From positions 1 to 64,000 of IMG/VR virus record IMGVR_UViG_3300013114_000583: DNA of 64,000 nt. The stretch is one strand, 5' to 3'. Shown one piece after another: positions 9,598-19,421 of this stretch (within the stretch, counting starts at the first letter, position 1; each line of letters opens with the position of its first letter). This stretch comes from a virus. The notes under the pieces were generated by a model. The model was not told the origin of the DNA, did no database searches, and saw only the letters and a list, made by a program, of their open reading frames with translations. Both the position numbers and the translations under genes were made by a program.

Positions 9598-11652
9598 TTA
9601 TTTTAAATAATCTTTTTTAACTATTGAATTTCTAAGTGAGAGTTTTTCTTCTTGTGACAAATGATCTGGCAAAAAATCAAGGAACCTATCATCGCCGCTA
9701 GCTAGCAACTCTCTCATGATAGAGCCTCTTACTGATCCGCCCTGTAAAGGTATTATTACTTGATCAGCATTTTCATAATTAGAAATTAAGGCCTTCCATC
9801 TTCCGTCCTCAGGTTCACACTCTTTCTCAGCGCATGCTCCTATTCCACAAAAGATTTTATCATTATCAAATTCACCATTTTCTAGCTTCTCATAAACCCA
9901 GCGAACCGGACTTCCACTTATTTTAATAATCACTGTTTCAAATCCGGCGTCAGGGGAAGACTCATAAAACTTTTTCCAAATAAGCTCCGCCTCTTCCGGG
10001 CCAATTGAAACGTTCCCATCCTCCGAAGTTCTAACGGTAGAGCCAACTAAAATATACAATTTTGATGCCTCTGATCTTTTAGCTAAATATTGAGAAGCTA
10101 AGAAGTGACCAACATGTGGTGGCTTGAACCCTCCGGAAAAAATTGCAATTCGTGACGATGGAAGACCTTGTTCTTCCCGAAGTAAACTTTCATAAGTGGC
10201 AGGAGAAGGCAATTCATTTATATCCCTTTTACCTGGCGCCCTCGCAAATCTTCCCAAGCCCATTATTTGATTTATCGGCGCGAATTGTCCAGTAATCTTA
10301 TACTCTTGCCCCTGATAAGAGAAAACCAAACCTTCAACATTTGAAGCAATTCTTTCATATACTCCTAATATGTTTTCATCAAAAAGAACCTCTTCCGCCG
10401 AAACATCTCCTTTGTGACTAATCATTTTTCTTATATTTCTTTTTAAGACTTCAAGATCCTTTTGTCCCTCCAGAGATTGAATTTTGGTGACTTGGTGACT
10501 AACTTTTTGCTGCAATCCTTTCAGAGCTTCTTCATCATTAAGAATATATAAACTTTTAACTCCCTTCAGATAATCAGATGCAAAATTATGTACAATATAT
10601 TCTATAGGTCGAATCGCTTCCCGAACTATCTCGGATAAGGCAGCTGGCGTTCGGAGAAACTCTTTAACAACCTGTTTTGTTTGCTCGTCCGAGATAAGAT
10701 CCAGTATTGGTTCCACTTCGTTTTTTAATCTTGGGGTTTTTCTTTCAGTTAGAAAAAACAAAACAGCTTCTGAAATCCTATCTGCAATAGAGCCATTGAC
10801 ACCTGGTAATTTAGACTCTATCGTTTCATCTAAAACCTTTTTTAGGTAATCTTTTATAGAGGAATTTTCATCTAAACCACTGGTAGCAGCAATATTGTCC
10901 AAAGCTTGTTCTGCCCGATGTAGTATTTCTTCATCAACAATAATATTATCAAAATCCCTCAAGGCATTAATTTTAACTTTAGGTATTTCTTCGTTTTCTT
11001 CATCAATAACAACCATGCTTAGATGTTTTTCTAGAAATCTAGAATAGAGTTGGCTTTCTTCATCATCCATATTTTGAAGCCTTTCAACATCGGGACAAAG
11101 CTTGGAGTGTTTGGTTCTATGAATTACTAAATCCTGTGTATCATAATCTACAATATTTCTTGATCTTGGGTCTACAACCTCGCCATTATAAAAGATTCGG
11201 CAACCATCTTCTGTTTTAAAAAACTCAGGAGGCATATCTTTCGCGGCTCTTTCAAATTCATACATGGCGTCGTAGAATGCGTCAGCGACATGTTGGATTC
11301 CGGCATCCTTGGAAGCTTCTTCTGCTTCTTCTGGGGTTTTTCCTTTGTTCAGTGCTATTTGCCTTGCTTTTTCTACTTTATCAAGTGTAAAAAATCTTCT
11401 TGTAGTTTCTTTATCAATACCGCCCATTGCAGTATGTTCTTTCATTCTTCGGATAATGCGCGCCTTCTGGGTTTCATGATCATAAGTTATTATTATATTT
11501 TGTCCGTCTAATTTTTCTGTGACTTCAATATCCGGAAACCCATCCACTATTAAACGAAACATCTCCTTTAATTTGCCAAATGTTAAAGAAATATTTTCAT
11601 ATGGGTGGGCCATATGACCAATAGGGCCCTCTAATAATAACTCTTGTTTCAT
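9598..11652 (-). CDS. ligase-like nucleotidyltransferase domain fused to HxGH cytidylyltransferase-like domain
   Basis: HMAHP, EKLDG (KxDG), EGLVF, KITG; C-terminal GGFKPPHVGH and GSIMR. Confidence 0.7.
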   Translation of the reverse strand: MKQELLLEGPIGHMAHPYENISLTFGKLKEMFRLIVDGFPDIEVTEKLDGQNIIITYDHETQKARIIRRMKEHTAMGGIDKETTRRFFTLDKVEKARQIALNKGKTPEEAEEASKDAGIQHVADAFYDAMYEFERAAKDMPPEFFKTEDGCRIFYNGEVVDPRSRNIVDYDTQDLVIHRTKHSKLCPDVERLQNMDDEESQLYSRFLEKHLSMVVIDEENEEIPKVKINALRDFDNIIVDEEILHRAEQALDNIAATSGLDENSSIKDYLKKVLDETIESKLPGVNGSIADRISEAVLFFLTERKTPRLKNEVEPILDLISDEQTKQVVKEFLRTPAALSEIVREAIRPIEYIVHNFASDYLKGVKSLYILNDEEALKGLQQKVSHQVTKIQSLEGQKDLEVLKRNIRKMISHKGDVSAEEVLFDENILGVYERIASNVEGLVFSYQGQEYKITGQFAPINQIMGLGRFARAPGKRDINELPSPATYESLLREEQGLPSSRIAIFSGGFKPPHVGHFLASQYLAKRSEASKLYILVGSTVRTSEDGNVSIGPEEAELIWKKFYESSPDAGFETVIIKISGSPVRWVYEKLENGEFDNDKIFCGIGACAEKECEPEDGRWKALISNYENADQVIIPLQGGSVRGSIMRELLASGDDRFLDFLPDHLSQEEKLSLRNSIVKKDYLK

Positions 11653-11664
11653 ATTAAACCTCTA

Positions 11665-12810
11665 CTACTTTTTTATAAAGTTACTCATAAGTTTCGCGTT
11701 TAAAGCAACAAGCCTTGAGCCAAATAATCGACTGTGAAAAGATTTCTCCTGCTCAGGGGTTCTTATATAAGATTCTTCTAGTTCGTCTTCTATAACCATT
11801 GAAGATGCTCCTGGGGGTTCTTCTGTTTCTGGCCCTGTTGCACTTGGCATCGTTGCCCCGCCGGCTGCAGCCAAGGCTGCAACAGCTGCCATAGCCTTGG
11901 CAGCAAGGCCTTCGACGCCCGACTGCTCATGATCATGTGTGGGGTCACCGCACATTTCATCTATACACTCTTCGGTAATTGGTTCTGGCGCGTCTTCATC
12001 ATGAGGTGCATTCGCCTTTCTCAACGCTCGGATGATGGATCCATGCTGAGAGCCACGCTTGGGTTTTCCGGCCTGAACCCACGCGCGCGCATAACCCGTG
12101 ATCATTTCCGGATCTCTCTGCGCCGCAGCCGGGAATTTTTCTTGAAACTTCCTTATTATAGTGCCTAAATCGTGCACCATTCCCCCAGCGGCTTCCTCGA
12201 TAGCCTCTGCTGCGGGTTCTGGGGCCCCCGGTTGACCACCTCGCGGCGTCGACTCTTCCTCTTCGGGCTTACCTTTTGACTGGGAAGAGCCACCTCTTTT
12301 TTTGTTTAAAGCGTCAATTGCCGCTTGGGGCATCTTGCCCTCTAACAACTTAGACTCAACAAGAGCCTGTATTGCTTTTTTTAGATTTCTTTCAATCATA
12401 ACTGTTTCTCCTTGTTTCTTATATTTTAAGATATCTTCATAATCTCTAAAAGCTAAATTACCTTTTTCGTAAGCTTCTCTTTCCATTTCTCTCATATGTG
12501 AATTGTTTTGCGCATAACCAGGGCCTAATGTTTCTTGACTAAATAGCTCGCCTCTAGAATTCTGGTCGTGGTGAACAATTTCGTGTGCCAAAGATCTTAA
12601 AATATCTTTCGGGTGTCGACCGGTGATATAAACTACAATATTTTCATTTTGCGGATCATAGTAAGCTGTCTTGCCAAACAATTCGTGATAATTGTCTTTA
12701 TCTGACAAAAAAATTATATTCGGCTCTTTTTCAAAACCAAATCTTTCCTGGCAAAATTTCAATAATTTGTTGCCATGCGTCGCTAATATATCTTTATTTT
12801 TTACGCTCAT
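11665..12810 (-). CDS. HEXXH metallopeptidase-like domain plus acidic C-terminal region
   Basis: TAYYDP...RHPKDILRSLAHEIVHHDQ...EREAY. Confidence 0.7.
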   Translation of the reverse strand: MSVKNKDILATHGNKLLKFCQERFGFEKEPNIIFLSDKDNYHELFGKTAYYDPQNENIVVYITGRHPKDILRSLAHEIVHHDQNSRGELFSQETLGPGYAQNNSHMREMEREAYEKGNLAFRDYEDILKYKKQGETVMIERNLKKAIQALVESKLLEGKMPQAAIDALNKKRGGSSQSKGKPEEEESTPRGGQPGAPEPAAEAIEEAAGGMVHDLGTIIRKFQEKFPAAAQRDPEMITGYARAWVQAGKPKRGSQHGSIIRALRKANAPHDEDAPEPITEECIDEMCGDPTHDHEQSGVEGLAAKAMAAVAALAAAGGATMPSATGPETEEPPGASSMVIEDELEESYIRTPEQEKSFHSRLFGSRLVALNAKLMSNFIKK

Positions 12811-12845
12811 GTAGTAAATAGTTGTTATTTCATAGAAGAAATAAC

Positions 12846-13451
12846 TTAAGTTAAAGTTATTTTATAAAACTGTTCAGCATCCTGGCCTCTTATATAAGGT
12901 GTTTGTCCTAGTATGACTCTTAAAGGGGGAGGTTTTATGGCTCCTGTGTTTGAGTCTGTCTCATAATTGTTTTCATACTGGGCGAGTTTATAATAATCAA
13001 AAATATAATTCTTGGCGATATCGCCCTTCGACTCTCTGGTGTGCTTCGGAGCCTCAGGAGGTACGGCTTGGTCTACTGGTGAATTGTATGAGCCTTTATA
13101 TGCAAGCCAAGTATTAGACCCGCCATTATGTGAAGTTCCATTACCAGTATCCCAAGTATAAATATTCGAATCATGAAACCCAGATTTCCAGATTGCGGTG
13201 TCTGCAACAAAAGCATCGCCTGCAGCCACGTTCGCGACGCTTATATCTTCAGTATGAAAAAGAATAGACTGCCTATCACCACTAAACCACTTCTGGGTAC
13301 CATTTGTTAAAGACTGAGCCTGCCAGGCAACCCAAGAATAGGTATTGGGATCATCAGAACCCCACTGATACACGTCCGGGCTCCAGCCTGTTTGTTTTCT
13401 TTCTAGATAGTATAAAGTACCACCAGAATTATTGGTAATAGCTGTGCTCAT
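12846..13451 (-). CDS. hypothetical probable virion protein
   Basis: 201-aa W/T/G/N-rich ORF. Confidence 0.65.
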   Translation of the reverse strand: MSTAITNNSGGTLYYLERKQTGWSPDVYQWGSDDPNTYSWVAWQAQSLTNGTQKWFSGDRQSILFHTEDISVANVAAGDAFVADTAIWKSGFHDSNIYTWDTGNGTSHNGGSNTWLAYKGSYNSPVDQAVPPEAPKHTRESKGDIAKNYIFDYYKLAQYENNYETDSNTGAIKPPPLRVILGQTPYIRGQDAEQFYKITLT

Positions 13452-13470
13452 ATTTTAAGTCTCTAAATAA

Positions 13471-14463
13471 TTAGATATATTCTGGAGATCTTGAGAAGAA
13501 AATCTCTTTAGTACATGTTTCTTTTAACGAGTCCTCTATCCAAAATTGAATATCTTCGAAAGCTTCAAACTCATATAGCTGAGGTCCGTCAAAAAGTCTC
13601 CAAACCCCGATTTCTTCTAAGACATCCACTTTATTAACCACAAGTTTATTAACTCCGTTAATTCTAATGGCCATTTCCAGTAGATTCATGTCTAGCCAGT
13701 TAATTTGTCTTGGTCTTCCAGTCGTAGATCCAAATTCGTTTCCAACTTGTCTTATTCTTTCAAAAACCGGGTCTGCACCTTCAAAATCTTTAGCACCAAC
13801 GTAGGTTTCATAAATTTTAGCAACACCCCAAACATCTCTAACTGCTTGAGGGGGCACCCCATTTAATAAAGCTGATCCGACAGTGCAGTGAGAAGAGGTG
13901 ATATATGGATAGTCGCCCCAATCAATGTCTAGGCCGAAGCCTTGGGCACCTTCGAAGAGAATAACTGGATTTTCAGTATCTACATGAAGTTCATCGTAAA
14001 TATCTATTAGAAATTCTTCTAATTCAGGCATTTCTAGGGCCCTAATGCCCTTCCTACCGTATTTATCACGGTATGCGGGCCCGTTACCCCTCTTGGTAGT
14101 CCCAATGGCCGTATCGGTTGAATCCTCGGCTCTATGGAAATCTGTTATAATATGCGCATTTGCGGATATCTTGATAAGAGAAGTATCCAAACCTTTCTCT
14201 GCAAGTTCTTTTACTTCTTTTAGAAATTTCGAGGGGTCGACCACACATCCTGGGCCGATTATAGACTTTATCCCAAAGAAGACACCACACGGTATGTGGT
14301 GAGTAATAAATTTAACACCTTCGTGCCAAATCGTGTGGCCGGCATTACATCCCCCATTATACCTGATCACATGAGTGTAATCATTTTCCTTACACAAATG
14401 ATGTGCCACTTTTCCTTTGCCGCAATCACCATATTGTAAATCAACGACTATATCAGCGATCAT
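13471..14463 (-). CDS. purA: adenylosuccinate synthetase (short form)
   Basis: QYGDCGKGK, GGCNAGHT, GTTKRGNGPAY, FEGAQG, YPYITSS, GSTTGRPR, NKVD. Confidence 0.95.
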   Translation of the reverse strand: MIADIVVDLQYGDCGKGKVAHHLCKENDYTHVIRYNGGCNAGHTIWHEGVKFITHHIPCGVFFGIKSIIGPGCVVDPSKFLKEVKELAEKGLDTSLIKISANAHIITDFHRAEDSTDTAIGTTKRGNGPAYRDKYGRKGIRALEMPELEEFLIDIYDELHVDTENPVILFEGAQGFGLDIDWGDYPYITSSHCTVGSALLNGVPPQAVRDVWGVAKIYETYVGAKDFEGADPVFERIRQVGNEFGSTTGRPRQINWLDMNLLEMAIRINGVNKLVVNKVDVLEEIGVWRLFDGPQLYEFEAFEDIQFWIEDSLKETCTKEIFFSRSPEYI

Positions 14464-14648
14464 GAATATTCCTTTCTGTAATATATTAAAATACTATCAT
14501 TTATTTGATATTTTTTTAAGCTTTCGGCGCGCCAAAGAAGGGTTTCTAGCAATCAGCCTTATATTCGCCTCATTATCACGGGCTTTTCTTAAAACAATAG
14601 TTAGGAGAATACCTTGAATTGCGATTAATGAAAATAAAATACTGGTAA

Positions 14649-16769
14649 TCACCATTGGAAATCATCCGCATCTAAAATTTCATTCATCCAACCTTGAATT
14701 ACTTCCGCATCTTCTTCTAAAATATCTTCAATATTTCCCCATGGTCTGTTTTTCTTTTTAAGATACACATCGATATCTTCATTTAAATTCGTGTCCTGCC
14801 ATGGTGGCGATCCCGTCTGTGGGCCTTTCTTTGCAACCATAGAGGCTGTTTTTCTAAAAATTTCTAATGTTTCTATTTTCATTTTTTCATATTCCTTGTA
14901 ATCAGTATTTCTACCCGGTCCTCGACTATTTTGTTCACGAAAACGCTCTTGTGAGGCTTTTTCTATGGCTGCATTGAATAGGCCGGCATCAATCATCCAG
15001 TGGAGAAATTTTTCACTATAATTGCCATCATTCCACCCTCTACTTATAGATCTGTAAAGTGCACTCCCGTACACATTCATCCAGCCATCACTTTTGTTGT
15101 TAAATAATTTTTGAAGTATTCCATATTTATATTTTTCCGGCACCGCGGGGTTCTCCACTAGGGTGCGCTCTATGTGCCCGCCATAATCATCTTTTGTTTT
15201 TATCAACTTATCGATGATTTCATCACTTAAAGCATTGCTTTTTGCGAAGTATCTATCAATTCCAGCGGTACTTTCTCCAAAGGCCCATCTATTAAGTTCA
15301 GTTCCGCTTCTTGTTAAATTGTACATCCTTTGTATCGTTTTTTTATCATGGTCTCCTTTTTCCAAATAATTTCTGAGGGCGCCGCGGTAGAGCGCACCAG
15401 AAGCATCGATGCCTTCCCAATTTCCTGTCTCTTCCGCTTTATCATATTCTGTCTCGGCATTGTCTTCGATACGTTGCATAGCTTCATCGGAAAACAAGTC
15501 ATTCATTATTTCTTCTCTTAGTTCGCGATTTTTTGTATACTCCAAAATATAGCCCACAACCCAAGTAGAATGTTTTTTATGCCCGTACCTTTGGGAAAAT
15601 TCCCATGCGCGAGATATAAATTCTTCACCATCAAACTTTTTTCCCTCGTAAGATCGACTACTAGAACTAAATAGACTTTCAATTCCAGAACCAGCGAAAC
15701 CGTATATTAATTCCAAAACTACTAGCTTCTCAGCTTGCGACTGAGTTAATCTAGGATTTTTCATTAAAGCCGATAGTGCAGTCTGAGGCCCACCCCACTC
15801 TCGCTTCAAGTCTAGAAAATAATCAACTAATCTTTCATCGCCGGTTTTTTCAAGATGGCGCGTAACAAATGCTTTTTTAAGATTACCAGAAGTTATCAGC
15901 GGCAATATTTCACCTGTATCAAGTAAATTAATATAATCTTCTACACCGTCAGATTTCAAGTAAGCATCCGGTTCAAAATTATCTTGGATCCACTGCCTTA
16001 TCATGGGACGATATTTTTCCACGGGAGTGTCATTTCCTTTGCCTTTTATTTGAATAATCTGCTCCTCTCCTTGGACTTCGATTGTTACATGGGGTTCATT
16101 TTTCTTATCACGAAGAGAAAATATTGTTGTACTGCCACGGTCTACATACTCACAATAACCCCCAACACAATGACCCATTTTATCCCCTTCGGCTTCGAGG
16201 TCCTCTGATGGAACTTTGACCATCGTGAACCCGTTTCCAAAATCGTGAACCGTGTCTTTAGTTTCATAATCCCCAGTACTAACTTTCCCTTTAAACTCGT
16301 CATGCCAACTCTCGGCGGCATGCATCATTTGTGGAAAATTCAAATCCCACACTTCCTTGGCGACATTTTCTGCCCCATTTAAATAATCTACAATATATCT
16401 TATATCATTATTATAGACTGAGAGGTTTCCAAACTCGGGTCCTCTTACCCGATTACGCAGTCCCGAAGGTAGCACGCCGCTTTCGGTTTCTTCATGATAA
16501 ATTGCATTTCCAAGCCATTTGGCAAATATCTTTCTGCCATCTCTTGGAAAATATCTGTCATCAAGGCCTTCAATCCAATTAACTAACTCTATTGGAAATA
16601 TTGGTGGGTTTTCCCTCTCTAAATCTTGAAGTCTTGCAAAATAATCTCTGATTTCTTCATCGGGGCCCTTATCCACTTCTTTTTTTAAAAAATCTATATT
16701 AATATTTCGAAGAACTTTTGCATCTTTGGGGGTTTCGCTTAAGTATTTCTTTATTTCTTCATCAACCAT
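14649..16769 (-). CDS. PcfJ-like domain protein with helical repeats
   Basis: LEAEGDKMGHCVGGY...IFSLRD...PHVTIE...QIKGKGN. Confidence 0.7.
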   Translation of the reverse strand: MVDEEIKKYLSETPKDAKVLRNINIDFLKKEVDKGPDEEIRDYFARLQDLERENPPIFPIELVNWIEGLDDRYFPRDGRKIFAKWLGNAIYHEETESGVLPSGLRNRVRGPEFGNLSVYNNDIRYIVDYLNGAENVAKEVWDLNFPQMMHAAESWHDEFKGKVSTGDYETKDTVHDFGNGFTMVKVPSEDLEAEGDKMGHCVGGYCEYVDRGSTTIFSLRDKKNEPHVTIEVQGEEQIIQIKGKGNDTPVEKYRPMIRQWIQDNFEPDAYLKSDGVEDYINLLDTGEILPLITSGNLKKAFVTRHLEKTGDERLVDYFLDLKREWGGPQTALSALMKNPRLTQSQAEKLVVLELIYGFAGSGIESLFSSSSRSYEGKKFDGEEFISRAWEFSQRYGHKKHSTWVVGYILEYTKNRELREEIMNDLFSDEAMQRIEDNAETEYDKAEETGNWEGIDASGALYRGALRNYLEKGDHDKKTIQRMYNLTRSGTELNRWAFGESTAGIDRYFAKSNALSDEIIDKLIKTKDDYGGHIERTLVENPAVPEKYKYGILQKLFNNKSDGWMNVYGSALYRSISRGWNDGNYSEKFLHWMIDAGLFNAAIEKASQERFREQNSRGPGRNTDYKEYEKMKIETLEIFRKTASMVAKKGPQTGSPPWQDTNLNEDIDVYLKKKNRPWGNIEDILEEDAEVIQGWMNEILDADDFQW

Positions 16770-16789
16770 GTTAAATCTCTTATGATATT

Positions 16790-17125
16790 TTAATTATTAT
16801 ACTCCATTTTACTAACTAGTCCTTCTTGTAACAGGATCTCGCCAACATTTCCTGAATCTGTATGAACAACAGCCAGGCACCGACCATATTTATCAAATCC
16901 TTTTGATTCAATCATTAAATCTTTGGTTGGAAATAATTCTTCTAACCTTTTTTTCGCCAGAGCGGCCGCTTTTCGGGTCGACTCAACTTTGGAGCGGATT
17001 TCGGGAGCATTGATACCTATTATCCTTATCCTTTTCTTTATTGAGATATTAAATCCTAAAAAAATCGCCGCCTCAATCGTATCTCCATCAATGACTCTTA
17101 AAATTTTACCTTTATACTTTTGCAT
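16790..17125 (-). CDS. thermonuclease (SNase-like)
   Basis: RVIDGDT, RIRIIGINAPE, DKYGRCLA. Confidence 0.9.
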   Translation of the reverse strand: MQKYKGKILRVIDGDTIEAAIFLGFNISIKKRIRIIGINAPEIRSKVESTRKAAALAKKRLEELFPTKDLMIESKGFDKYGRCLAVVHTDSGNVGEILLQEGLVSKMEYNN

Positions 17126-17136
17126 ATTTTATACTA

Positions 17137-17910
17137 TTATGAACTCCTAACTTTTACTAAGTTTGTGATTCCCATGAGTTTGTCATAAGAGCTTGTTTTT
17201 AAAAAGGTCAACAAAGAAAGTTTTTCGTTATTTCTCAAGACCTTAAAAGCCATATTTTCCACAGAATACACGCCATCGCCAGATAATCCTATAGACCTCA
17301 TATTCTTTATCTTCTTTTTTAGCGTTTTTGAGTATTCATATGCTTCTTTATATCTTTTTTCTACAAAGAGCTCTTGTATTCTGTCTATTTCTCGAATAAT
17401 AGAAACAGATTTAACTGATATGGCCGTTTTGTCATGTTTTTTGCTTGACATTTGAGGATTTTCATTCCATTCTCGTCGCAAAATGGAATAGGTACCTAGA
17501 GATTCATGTTTTTCGCTTATATTTTGAAAATAAATCTCCACTTCATGGCCGAAAATCATAATCTTATGATCTCTATTCCATTTCATACGTGTTAGATCCA
17601 ACATCCTTTTAACCAATTCGATATCGGATCCAACGGAACGAAAGTCAAACACGAAATGTAAATCAACATCAGACAAAGAGTGCCAATTATAACTAGCAAT
17701 AGATCCAGTAATGATTATATCTTCAATAACTTCTGATATATCCAACTGCTCCATTATATCATTCGCGAGTTTAGATAATTTTAATTGAACTGCTTTGTTT
17801 AACCTTGTTCCATTCCAGAAATCTGAATGTAGATTTTGTTTGGGAACAAGACTATTGATATTTAATTCATCTTCGTTAAGAAAGTTTCTGTATTTGTCAT
17901 AATCAATCAT
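17137..17910 (-). CDS. Pol-beta-type nucleotidyltransferase
   Basis: ITGSIASYNW..SDVDLH; ENMAFKVLR; start uncertain (17910 or 17919). Confidence 0.75.
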   Translation of the reverse strand: MIDYDKYRNFLNEDELNINSLVPKQNLHSDFWNGTRLNKAVQLKLSKLANDIMEQLDISEVIEDIIITGSIASYNWHSLSDVDLHFVFDFRSVGSDIELVKRMLDLTRMKWNRDHKIMIFGHEVEIYFQNISEKHESLGTYSILRREWNENPQMSSKKHDKTAISVKSVSIIREIDRIQELFVEKRYKEAYEYSKTLKKKIKNMRSIGLSGDGVYSVENMAFKVLRNNEKLSLLTFLKTSSYDKLMGITNLVKVRSS

Positions 17911-18093
17911 AAATAACACCAGGTTTAATTTTTCTCATATTTCTATAATAATGACCCGCTTTTCTTTTTTTCTTTCTTTTTTTCTTTCTTTCTCTTCTGG
18001 GTACGGCACATTAATTCGCAAAGGAAGCTGTTTAGGTCCATCATCAACTTTTTTCTCTTTTGGTGGAATCAATAATTCATCATTATTCATACA

Positions 18094-18411
18094 CTAATTA
18101 GTATCTTCGTCTATTGAGTCAGTAAGATATTTGCCATTACAAAAAATTAAGCAATAAGGACCATCCTCTTTGCAAAGCAAGTCAAACACAAATAAGGCAT
18201 CGGTAATCTTTTTAAAAGCCAAAGCTATAACTTGACTTTTATAGAGATTTTCTATTTTATTATTTAAATTTAATTTTACAAGCAAGTCCTTGTGTTTGTT
18301 CGGCTCATATACTACTATGGTGTGTTCCTCTTCTGGCATGTTCCCTACCCATGCGGAAATTAAATCAAAAGAAGATGCGGATTGTATATTAAATTTTATA
18401 GGATCGCTCAT
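18094..18411 (-). CDS. hypothetical protein
   Basis: 105-aa ORF, ATGA overlap. Confidence 0.6.
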   Translation of the reverse strand: MSDPIKFNIQSASSFDLISAWVGNMPEEEHTIVVYEPNKHKDLLVKLNLNNKIENLYKSQVIALAFKKITDALFVFDLLCKEDGPYCLIFCNGKYLTDSIDEDTN

Positions 18412-18878
18412 TTAGAATGTTTATCGGCAACTGATTGAGAAGCCCAAGCATTGGGTTTCAATTTACAATCATATCCGACACCTTTAACCAGTCCCTTTAA
18501 CGAGTCAGAGAAAGTTGAAGTTTTAGTATTCTTGCCAAGAGGGGAAACATCCAGATGCAACTCTATTAGAGATTTATTAATATCAAGTTTAGAGCAAACC
18601 ATGTCAGCTGTCTCGACAGATAATCTTGCCTCTTCAGATATTCTAGAGAACAAGTCTGGGTATCTTTTAAAATGTTCTTTGTGTTTGGAGAAATAATAAA
18701 AGCCAGAAGTTTCGGGCCCATGGACACATATAGCTCTACAAAATGTTACTTTTTTTTTTGAAACATCGGAATCGGTCCCTATAAAAATTTTAGAATTATT
18801 TTTTAAAGCAAAAGTGATTTTTTCAAACATTTGATCGAGACTAATAGCGTTTCCGCTGCCAGTCACCCAATCATCCAT
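18408..18878 (-). CDS. RNase H-like YkuK (DUF458) family protein
   Basis: IFIGTDS, EEARLS, ELHLDV, KPNAWASQSVADKH. Confidence 0.8.
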   Translation of the reverse strand: MDDWVTGSGNAISLDQMFEKITFALKNNSKIFIGTDSDVSKKKVTFCRAICVHGPETSGFYYFSKHKEHFKRYPDLFSRISEEARLSVETADMVCSKLDINKSLIELHLDVSPLGKNTKTSTFSDSLKGLVKGVGYDCKLKPNAWASQSVADKHSK

Positions 18879-19206
18879 TTTTCCGCTTTCTGTAATCCTC
18901 TATTGCCTTATATATTTCTTCTTGAACTTCTTCTTGTTCAGCGAGAGCCTCTAGCATAGCGCCCACTGTTTCTCTTTTTCTCGAAATAGCAGGCAAGAAA
19001 TAATCTTCTAGAAATCGACTGTGCTTATCATGAACGCAAGCATTGATTAATTCACCCCAGTTTTGAAATTTTATATTTTTGTCAATTAGTTCTTCCGAGT
19101 CTCTCCTATTGTCCATGCTGTGCTCAGGAGCCAACGGTTGTTGATAGTTCTCTTTAAGTTCTCCCATACACTCAGAGATTACTTTCTTTAGTTCGTTTAT
19201 ATTCAT
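18871..19206 (-). CDS. hypothetical protein (MNINELKKVISE N-terminal helix)
   Basis: 111-aa ORF with GAGG SD. Confidence 0.65.
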   Translation of the reverse strand: MNINELKKVISECMGELKENYQQPLAPEHSMDNRRDSEELIDKNIKFQNWGELINACVHDKHSRFLEDYFLPAISRKRETVGAMLEALAEQEEVQEEIYKAIEDYRKRKNG

Positions 19207-19421
19207 TAAGGGTTCCTCACTTTATTTCCCTAAAAGTAACTATACCAGAATGATAGTTTTGTCCTACTTTTATAGAAGCTTGATATTTCATTTCTCTATC
19301 TTTTTTACAACTAAACACCTTGTAAATAACAAAAGACAAAGAAGTAATTGCACTACCAGTTAATATTCCATATAAATAAAGCCAAGTCATAAATCAATAT
19401 TACCAAAATCAGTTAAAAATT

